NCBI GenBank assembly: GCA_964580585.1
Contig: CAZOKZ010000001.1
Location: 23,261 to 87,260, forward strand
Length of the DNA stretch: 64,000 nt
Source: an uncultured Candidatus Sumerlaeota bacterium
GTDB lineage: Bacteria > Sumerlaeota > Sumerlaeia > SLMS01 > JAHLLQ01
Direction of reading: 5' to 3'
In this document: positions 27,122-34,757 of the stretch, piece after piece
Layout: every line of letters starts with the position of its first letter
How positions within the stretch are numbered: the first letter of the stretch is position 1
Translations under genes and position numbers: made by a program
Notes under the pieces: generated by a model
Told to the model about the DNA's origin: nothing
The model's database searches: none
Seen by the model: only the letters and a program-made list of their open reading frames with translations

Positions 27122-28132
27122 ATGAGTAAGGCGAAAATCATCGGCGGAATCAGTACGGCAACCGGTGTTTTGGTATTATCGGGAATTGGTTATTATTATT
27201 TCGAGACAACGAAAAAGACCTCTCAATTGACCGAGATGGCTCCAGCCGTGGTCACCACCAATTCGGCGGTGTCGAACGAAAACAATCCCGCTATTCGATT
27301 GTGGGTGGATTTAGTTCCGGGAAAAACCTGGAAAAGCCAAACGAATATTGAATCTTCAAGCACAGTTCAAGGAGCGATAATCCCCGAACCCATTGAGCAA
27401 CAAACGACCATACGCATTCATTCGACACACCGAATTTTACCACCGAATGAAGAGGGACAGACACAAATCGACAACCTGATCGACGACGCTCAAATGACCG
27501 TTGTGGTTAATGGTGAAGAAGTTGATTTGAAAAGTAAAGGAGTCGATGTCATCGGTTCCATGATCGGAACCAATACTATAGACGTTGTGGATTCATTCGG
27601 AAGAATCATGTCCGAAGTAAAAGACGAGCAGCAAAACGATACCTTTATGTCTAACCCCGCCTTATTGGCATTGGGAAACATCGATCGGATCGCTCTGTGC
27701 GAACTTCCAGAAAAACCCGTTCGCATAGGAGACACTTGGACTCGAACGATCACGGTCCCGGAAATCCCAAGTCTCAATATTTTGTACGAATGCAAATTCG
27801 AGCGTATCGAAGACACTCCACAAGGCCGTGTAGCCGTCATCACGAGGTATGCCAATAGCGACCTGCAAAATCTTAATGCACCCATGGGCAAATTACCGAT
27901 GGAAGAAATCGATGGCGATGCGGACTTTACGTTTCTGGCGATGAAAGGCGAGACCCATCATATTTCGCGCTTGGCGCTCGATCAGGGGCAATGGATCGAT
28001 CACGTATCCACGACAACATCGGATGTTAAAACACGGATGGACTTTGCCTTTCAAGAGAAGCCGATTTCGATTGAAATGACAACTCTTGGTAACGAGAAAC
28101 GTGTCACAACGATGAACTATGGAGCCGAGTAG
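27122..28132 (+). CDS. Stand-alone paralog of the sigma-factor C-terminal domain (N-terminal TM, DUF6263-like)
   Basis: Collinear with 25910-26914 (MSKAKIIGGIS vs MSTAKIVGGIS; IRLWVDL.PGKTWKS; NPA.LALGNIDRIA; LPEK.VR.GDTW; ECKF.RIE.TPQGRVAVITR). Confidence 0.8.
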   Translation: MSKAKIIGGISTATGVLVLSGIGYYYFETTKKTSQLTEMAPAVVTTNSAVSNENNPAIRLWVDLVPGKTWKSQTNIESSSTVQGAIIPEPIEQQTTIRIHSTHRILPPNEEGQTQIDNLIDDAQMTVVVNGEEVDLKSKGVDVIGSMIGTNTIDVVDSFGRIMSEVKDEQQNDTFMSNPALLALGNIDRIALCELPEKPVRIGDTWTRTITVPEIPSLNILYECKFERIEDTPQGRVAVITRYANSDLQNLNAPMGKLPMEEIDGDADFTFLAMKGETHHISRLALDQGQWIDHVSTTTSDVKTRMDFAFQEKPISIEMTTLGNEKRVTTMNYGAE

Positions 28133-28137
28133 AAGGC

Positions 28138-29079
28138 GTGGAACGACAATTAGAAGACGAACGCTCATTGCTAATCATTGCAGGGCCAACGGGAGTGGGG
28201 AAAAGCGCATTGGCGTTGCGGTTGGCTCGACAAACGGGGGCAGGGATCCTTTCCGCCGACAGCATGCAGGTTTATCGCGGGATGGAAATCGGCACGGCAC
28301 AACCCACGCGCGAGGAACGCGACTCCGTCCCTCATTTCCTCGTCGGTCATGTTGAACCCGGAGAAGAATACCACGTTGCGCGATTCGTTGCCGAAGCGGA
28401 AGAGGCGATTTCGCGTGAACATGCCGAAGGGCGTAAGGTGATCGTGTGTGGAGGAACGGGACTTTTTTTGCGGCACTTGCTCCAGGGCATCATGGAAGGC
28501 GCGCCGCGTAGCCCCGAAGTGCGCGCACGGTTGGAAGCGGAGTTGCAGGAACATGGTTACAATCACTTGCGTGCACGATTGCGGGCTGTCGATCCGAAAC
28601 GCGAGTCAGAAATTAACCCCAACGACGCGGTACGAGTCATACGAGCGCTCGAAGTTTACGAAGTCACCGGGGTACCGATGTCGGAACTCCACGCGCAAGA
28701 CACTGCCACCCGCCGACTCCGTCCCCATCGATACGTGGTGTTGCACCGACCGCGCGACATCATGATGGATCGTATCAATCAACGCGTGGATGCGATGATG
28801 GATGCGGGGTGGCTCGAAGAAGCGCGTGAATTATTGGCGCGCCGTCTGCCCGACGACAGCCAGGCGTGCAAAGCGCTGGGTTACCGTGAACTTTTCGCCC
28901 ACTTGCGTGAACAAAGCACGTTGGAAGCAGCCATCGAACAAATCAAACTCCTCACGCGCCGATTTGCGAAACGTCAACTCACGTGGTTTCGCGCCGTCGA
29001 AAACGCTGAATGGATCAATTTAGAATCAGAAATCACCGAAAAACGCCTGGATGATTGGGCCAGGTTTATCGTGTCCTGA
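28138..29079 (+). CDS. miaA: tRNA dimethylallyltransferase
   Basis: GPTGVGKS, SADSMQVYRGMEIGTA, GGTGLF, RVIRALEV and TRRFAKRQLTWF. Confidence 0.95.
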   Translation: MERQLEDERSLLIIAGPTGVGKSALALRLARQTGAGILSADSMQVYRGMEIGTAQPTREERDSVPHFLVGHVEPGEEYHVARFVAEAEEAISREHAEGRKVIVCGGTGLFLRHLLQGIMEGAPRSPEVRARLEAELQEHGYNHLRARLRAVDPKRESEINPNDAVRVIRALEVYEVTGVPMSELHAQDTATRRLRPHRYVVLHRPRDIMMDRINQRVDAMMDAGWLEEARELLARRLPDDSQACKALGYRELFAHLREQSTLEAAIEQIKLLTRRFAKRQLTWFRAVENAEWINLESEITEKRLDDWARFIVS

Positions 29080-29081
29080 TA

Positions 29082-29576
29082 TTACTTTGCGTGTTCATTC
29101 AACCACGCCAACACTTCCGGCGCGTGCGATTCGCTGCCCTTTGCTTTGGGCCAATGCATGGCGATTTTTCCCAATGGATCGATAATGAACGTTTCGCGGC
29201 TGACCCCCATATATTTCCTGCCATACATCGATTTTTCAACCCACAGACCGTATTTTTCCAACACGGCATGTTCAACGTCCGCGAGCAAAGGAAAATTCAG
29301 GTCGAACTTCTCGGCAAACTTCTTTTTTGACTTGGAGTCCAGAATCGAAATTCCAAGCACCACTGCATTCAACTTTTCAAACTCAGCGCTCGTATCGCGA
29401 AACCCGCAACTTTCCGCCGAGCAGCCCGGGGTCGAGTCTTTGGGATAGGCATATAGGACAACCCATTTGCCTTTGTAGTCGGAAAGTTTGTGGACTTTCC
29501 CGTCCTGGTCGGGGAGAGTGATAGCGGGGGCTTTCTTGCCGATCATTTCGCTTAGGGGTTCGGTCTTTTTGGCCAT
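29082..29576 (-). CDS. bcp: Peroxiredoxin Bcp/PrxQ
   Basis: YPKDSTPGCSAESCGFRD and EKSMYGRKYMG motifs. Confidence 0.92.
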   Translation of the reverse strand: MAKKTEPLSEMIGKKAPAITLPDQDGKVHKLSDYKGKWVVLYAYPKDSTPGCSAESCGFRDTSAEFEKLNAVVLGISILDSKSKKKFAEKFDLNFPLLADVEHAVLEKYGLWVEKSMYGRKYMGVSRETFIIDPLGKIAMHWPKAKGSESHAPEVLAWLNEHAK

Positions 29577-29666
29577 GTAGAGTTATCCTTGCTGAGTATG
29601 GAGAAGATATGGTGCTTGAATAGTGCCGAAACCAAGTGTCGGCATCTTGGGACTGCTCAGCAACGG

Positions 29667-30236
29667 CTAACTTGCGGTGATCAGGATAGCCCACCTGCGA
29701 GACTCCGTTTCCTCCAGAAAGGCGCAGTAACCAGTCATTATCGCTGGGAGTTGACAAAGATAGGAATCTGGAGGAGCGAAACTGCTGTGCCACACGCTAG
29801 CGACCTGATGCAATGCGGCGCGCGCTTCCTTGGCAAGCGACGATACGCTGTCGGGGGAAAGGGCTCCCAAGTACTCAGTGTCTATTTCCGCAGGGGCGCC
29901 GAGATCGGCAGCAGGGGCATAGCAATTTTTTGCGAGATCAGGGATGGCAGCCATCCTCACCAGGAAGCGCTGAATTCTTAGTTCCAACTCTTTGGAAGTT
30001 CGATCCCCTAAGCTTCCTAACTCTCTCGCCAGACATTCTCCAGCCCGCCAGTTTTCCCAGAGCGAGTCTTTCGGGAGGAAGACATAGGGACGCCAGGGTT
30101 CGTGTCCCTCCTCCGTGTCTTCGTCATCGAGGAGTTCCCAGAAGAAGCCCATGGAGCCTGTGTGCTCCAGTTCGGTTCGGAACCATTTCCAGTCGATGCC
30201 ATAATAGGTTGTTTCGATTCCCATTGTGAAGAGCAT
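29667..30236 (-). CDS. Hypothetical acidic protein
   Basis: 189 aa ORF with GAGGA RBS; no motif recognised with confidence. Confidence 0.5.
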   Translation of the reverse strand: MLFTMGIETTYYGIDWKWFRTELEHTGSMGFFWELLDDEDTEEGHEPWRPYVFLPKDSLWENWRAGECLARELGSLGDRTSKELELRIQRFLVRMAAIPDLAKNCYAPAADLGAPAEIDTEYLGALSPDSVSSLAKEARAALHQVASVWHSSFAPPDSYLCQLPAIMTGYCAFLEETESRRWAILITAS

Positions 30237-30339
30237 ATCCTCAATTCAGGCGGTTAGACAGCTTTCAAACATAGATGGATGATTCTGAGCAAAGATCAGG
30301 ATTTATTCATCGAATGTTGATGTGATGTCATTTGGAATA

Positions 30340-31299
30340 TCACCGCCCCTCGCCCGCGCGGATTCGTTTACATAATTCCTGTACCGCAGTATTCCAATCG
30401 GGATAGTCGAATTCAAACCCAGCTTCTTGCAATCGACGCGGCACAACGCGGCGGCTCTTTAATATGAGTTCCGTTTCCGTGCGCAGAAAAATCGCTCCGA
30501 TTTCAAGCATCCATTCCATGGCGGGTAATCCTATGGATATTCCCCACGCTCGACGAATGGCGGCCATAAATTCGCGGTTTGGCATTGGATTGGGGGAACA
30601 AACATTAACCACACCTTCGAGATCATTTTGTTCGATTATAAATTTGACGGCTCGAACGAAATCTTTGTCATAAACCCAGGATAAAAATTGTTTACCATTT
30701 CCGTTTGTACCGCCCAAGCCCTTTTGTGTTAAACCAAGCATGACATCGAATACCCCATCTTTATCGGGGCTCATCGTCATGGCGGAACGCAGAGCAACTT
30801 TACGTGTCCTTGGTGTTTCAACATCGAAAAAAGTTTTTTCCCAGGCCTTGGCAACCTCGATGCTGAAGTTCCATTTTTCCGGCGCGCCTGGTTCATTGCC
30901 TCCCAATTCACCATCGATTTCATCCATCGAGCGGTCGAGCGCATGCCGATAAATAGTTGCCGTGCTGGCATTCAGCCAAATTTTCGGCGGATTTTCGGCG
31001 TTGGTAATAGCCTCGCCCAGAATTCGCGTGGATTCAATGCGCGAGTTCATCATTCGCAAACGGTTTTGCGCGTTGTAGCGACAATTTACCGTGTGGCCCG
31101 CCAAATTGATGACAACATCGGCGTCCTCCAGTTCAGCCACCCAGCCACCCAATGTTTTTCCGTCCCAGTTAACCACTTTCGGCGTTGCTGTTTGTGCTAA
31201 CTTTCGAGAAAGCACCACGACATCATGGCCTTCGGCAATAAAGGCACGTGTTAGAATTTGACCAACTTGACCACTTCCGCCCGGTATAACAAATTTCAT
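30340..31299 (-). CDS. TIGR01777/YfcH-family NAD-dependent epimerase
   Basis: PGGSGQVG, VINLAG, NASTA, WE and P.RLQEAGFEFDY motifs. ATG at 31299. Confidence 0.88.
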   Translation of the reverse strand: MKFVIPGGSGQVGQILTRAFIAEGHDVVVLSRKLAQTATPKVVNWDGKTLGGWVAELEDADVVINLAGHTVNCRYNAQNRLRMMNSRIESTRILGEAITNAENPPKIWLNASTATIYRHALDRSMDEIDGELGGNEPGAPEKWNFSIEVAKAWEKTFFDVETPRTRKVALRSAMTMSPDKDGVFDVMLGLTQKGLGGTNGNGKQFLSWVYDKDFVRAVKFIIEQNDLEGVVNVCSPNPMPNREFMAAIRRAWGISIGLPAMEWMLEIGAIFLRTETELILKSRRVVPRRLQEAGFEFDYPDWNTAVQELCKRIRAGEGR

Positions 31300-31352
31300 T
31301 AGAAACAACCTTGCATTTCGTTTGTTTTTGTTGCGTGTACTTTTCTCACTTT

Positions 31353-33110
31353 TCAAACCAATTTAAACCATTCAACGCCTATGGCTAACATACGTTTGTC
31401 TGCACTATCGGTTGGGCAACTCGCATCGGGCAACTCTAAAATGACGATATTATTTTCTGTAAGATAAGATGAAGATACTGGAAATAAAATAGTCGTGGTT
31501 TCCGTTAGCTCTTTTTCTCCTAATAATTGACCGTTCAAGAAAACACGAATTCGTTGCGATTTTATTCTTCCATTATCCAAGAATGGGAATCCACGTAATG
31601 TAAAATAGCGAGGTGTCTTTTCTTCTGAGAAATGAAGTAATATCGTAGCCTGTTGACCATCTGTCCAACGAAAAGTACCTTCAGGGTACGCTGCCCATCC
31701 TGACCAAAGCACCGGGTGTGCCAGAACAGACCCAGGATTAATATTTGTACCAATCGAATATTCAGGGAATTCAGGTGGCAATGATGCGGGAAGCAGCCAT
31801 GCAAGGCTTTGCGGTTGTTTCCAGTCCCAAAGTCGCCATTTCATTTCGTCAATACTAAATGGTTTTTCATTCCATTGCCACGATTTCCACGAAAATGCAG
31901 CGGGAGCGTTTTGTGCAATGCTTAGAATGCTCGCGATAAATATAATTCCCCCAATACAATGGCGTTTCCAGCCTGTTTTCGGCATTTGCGAATATTCTTT
32001 CATCACACCGAGCACCATCGGAATGAACCAGGGAATCATATCGAAAAATAAGCGTGGGCCATAACTGAACCCGCCATACCAATACCATCTCCAGTACACG
32101 GCTATCAGCAAAAAGTGAACTCCAAATACACATAGAGCACATTTGACGAATATATTATTCCATATGAGCGATGGTTTAAATAACAAACCCGCGAGAGGGA
32201 GTAATAATATTGGAGAATAAAAGAACAAACCTCTGGATGGACTGATAAGTGATCCCAGAATGGACTCACCAACATTCCCATCTGCCGTTCGTGCTGCGTA
32301 AAAATATCTTGGCAAAAATTGATTATAATGGCTGTATGAATAAAAGATGAATAGAAGTCCCCAGAAAAACAAGGTTCCAAACATGATCACTGCTGATTTT
32401 TTGTTCATCTTGATAAGAATGACGATGATGGCAATCATTGAAATAGCAAACGTTGGTCGGGAAAAAAACATAAACGCTAATATTGTCCCTAAAAGTGACG
32501 ATAGCCAGTATTTTGTTGGGAATTTTTCATGTTGACACAGCAGGATAATTGCTACGATGAGAAGGAATACGCCCCATGTGCTCGACCAAAGCGCGCGCGT
32601 CCCGGTGCTCCAAACCGAAGTCCCCAAGGCAAATATTATTGTACAAATAATGGAAGGTACTATACTAAGCTCATTTGAAAAGTAAAGAAAGACAAGAGCG
32701 CTTGCGAGAGCCATTAAAAAACCAGAAAGTATTCGCTGCATCAAATCTTCGTTACTGGGATTATATTTGCCTTCCTGATCGAAACAACTTAATCCCCCAA
32801 GCTTGAATAAAGCAACGAATGGGATGCTGAGAATACTGCTTCCAGGCGGATAATAATAATACAAGCGACCTTGATATTCTTCTATTTGATAGGGAAGCCC
32901 CGATTCGTTTAACGAAGGGTGTCGATTAGGGTCTAAGGGGCGTTGAAAATATTGAGTTAGATCGAAGCTCCCCGTTTCCATCAAATGTTCGCTCAACAAC
33001 AGCGAATAACGAGAGTCCGCCATTTGTGTAACGGGTCCACTTAGAAAAAGAATCCAGAACAGGATGAAGAGTATTGAACTAATGAGGATTCTTTTGCTAT
33101 TCAAAACCAT
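31353..33110 (-). CDS. GT-C-like polytopic membrane protein (putative glycosyltransferase) with C-terminal beta domain; AT-rich
   Basis: About 12 TM segments; YYYYPPGSS, RP, LISPSRGLFFYSP and WYGGFSYGPRL motifs; C-terminal PEGTFRWTDG...DKRMLAIGV domain. Confidence 0.65.
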   Translation of the reverse strand: MVLNSKRILISSILFILFWILFLSGPVTQMADSRYSLLLSEHLMETGSFDLTQYFQRPLDPNRHPSLNESGLPYQIEEYQGRLYYYYPPGSSILSIPFVALFKLGGLSCFDQEGKYNPSNEDLMQRILSGFLMALASALVFLYFSNELSIVPSIICTIIFALGTSVWSTGTRALWSSTWGVFLLIVAIILLCQHEKFPTKYWLSSLLGTILAFMFFSRPTFAISMIAIIVILIKMNKKSAVIMFGTLFFWGLLFIFYSYSHYNQFLPRYFYAARTADGNVGESILGSLISPSRGLFFYSPILLLPLAGLLFKPSLIWNNIFVKCALCVFGVHFLLIAVYWRWYWYGGFSYGPRLFFDMIPWFIPMVLGVMKEYSQMPKTGWKRHCIGGIIFIASILSIAQNAPAAFSWKSWQWNEKPFSIDEMKWRLWDWKQPQSLAWLLPASLPPEFPEYSIGTNINPGSVLAHPVLWSGWAAYPEGTFRWTDGQQATILLHFSEEKTPRYFTLRGFPFLDNGRIKSQRIRVFLNGQLLGEKELTETTTILFPVSSSYLTENNIVILELPDASCPTDSADKRMLAIGVEWFKLV

Positions 33111-33168
33111 GGAGCCGAACCGTTTCCTCAGTTTGCTTATAATTAAGAGAAGGTGTTGAAAATCAGGT

Positions 33169-33789
33169 TCATTCTATCTCAGAACCTTTCCACTGCATTT
33201 GGAAATCATGAGGAATATTAAGCGATTCCAGCGTTTTCATGACGATAAAATCCACCAGGTCGTCGATCGTGTTGGGTTGATGATAAAACCCTGGCATTGC
33301 GGGCAATATTTGACCGCCCGATTCAGAAATGGTGAGCATATTACGAAGATGAATTGAAGAAAGCGGAGTTTCCCGTGGTACCAAAACCAACGGTCGGCGT
33401 TCTTTCAGGAAACAATCCGCGCAACGCGTCAGTAAATTATCACTGTACCCATGCGCAATAGCGGCAATGGTTTTCATCGAACAAGGGGCAACAACCATAC
33501 CACTCGCCTGAAAGGTCCCCGATGCCATTGGAGCTGCAATATCACGGATATTGTATGTGCGAATGAATTGTTTGATTTGCTCGGACGTCAGGTTCAGCCA
33601 TTTATCAAGTTCCAGCCCGGGACCTGCACCCGCAATTCCCATTTCTGCTTGCATTACTTTCCACGCACTGGAACTGACAAGCAAGTGCACATCCCATTCC
33701 AGGGTGACCAACTTCTCCACCAATCGTGACCCGTAGATAGTTCCCGAAGCTCCGGAAATACCAACGACAATGCGTTTGGATGCGTTCAT
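33169..33789 (-). CDS. ubiX: Flavin prenyltransferase UbiX
   Basis: GISGASG, APCSMKT, LKERRPLVLVPRETP and PAMPGFY. Confidence 0.93.
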   Translation of the reverse strand: MNASKRIVVGISGASGTIYGSRLVEKLVTLEWDVHLLVSSSAWKVMQAEMGIAGAGPGLELDKWLNLTSEQIKQFIRTYNIRDIAAPMASGTFQASGMVVAPCSMKTIAAIAHGYSDNLLTRCADCFLKERRPLVLVPRETPLSSIHLRNMLTISESGGQILPAMPGFYHQPNTIDDLVDFIVMKTLESLNIPHDFQMQWKGSEIE

Positions 33790-34490
33790 GTGTTGGCATT
33801 CCTTTTCTTTGTGCACTCGGCGATATGCAATGCAGCGATGCCAAACGTCAATTGAGAGCCACGAACCCGGTCAAAGCCAGATTGGCGCATCATCCGGGCC
33901 AGCATTTTTGGCGAAGGCCATTCCATCACCGATTCGCTCAGGTAACGATAGGCAGTCGAACGACTCACCAGATTGCCGATGAAAGGGAGGAATACCTGAA
34001 AGTAAAAAAGGTATGATGCACGAATGACCGGATTCTTTGGCGTGGTGAATTCCAACACCGCCAGCCGTCCGCCTGGTTTCAGAACACGGCGCATTTCACG
34101 CAACCCATCCCGGGTGTCGGCCATGTTGCGCAATCCGAATGCAACCGTTACCAAATCGAATGTTGCGTCGGGAAACGGCAGATTCAGTCCATCGCATTGC
34201 AAAAAACCGCCAGGCGCCTTACCTTGGGCTCTTTGCAACATCGGCAGGCAGAAATCACCGCCAAAAACTTCGCAACCTTCAGGAGCGCGGCGCCTTAATT
34301 CAATCGTTAAGTCGCCCGTTCCACAGGCTATATCCAACACCCGACGGTCGTCAGCCCGCAGGGCCTGTCTCACGGTAAAACGTCGCCACATGCGATCGAT
34401 ATTGAGACTAAAAACATGATTCAGCGCATCATAAACGGGGGCGATTGCGCCGAACATCGATTGGATTTTCCTGGGGTCTTTAACGACCAT
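33786..34490 (-). CDS. menG: Demethylmenaquinone methyltransferase UbiE/MenG
   Basis: MFGAIAPVYDALN, LDIACGTGD, AFGLRN, RVLKPGG and YRYLSESV. ATGA overlap with ubiX. Confidence 0.92.
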   Translation of the reverse strand: MVVKDPRKIQSMFGAIAPVYDALNHVFSLNIDRMWRRFTVRQALRADDRRVLDIACGTGDLTIELRRRAPEGCEVFGGDFCLPMLQRAQGKAPGGFLQCDGLNLPFPDATFDLVTVAFGLRNMADTRDGLREMRRVLKPGGRLAVLEFTTPKNPVIRASYLFYFQVFLPFIGNLVSRSTAYRYLSESVMEWPSPKMLARMMRQSGFDRVRGSQLTFGIAALHIAECTKKRNANT

Positions 34491-34757
34491 GGCTCCGATT
34501 CCATTTTGGGGGATAAAGCTGAAAATGAGCTTTCGCGATAAGGGGATGCCGTGATCTCTTCGCGATCTTCTGGGCGTTTTCGTGAGATTCCGCCTTGCGG
34601 CGATCAAACGCGTTCCCTACTTTTCCAATCTGCCTGCCCGGGGCTAGGGAAACATGCGCCTGACGATTTATCGTAATATCGCCAAACTTATGCCGTGTTT
34701 TTCCAGTCTCATCGGCGTCAGCCTCTTATGGGTTGCTAACAAACTGAATGGACAATC

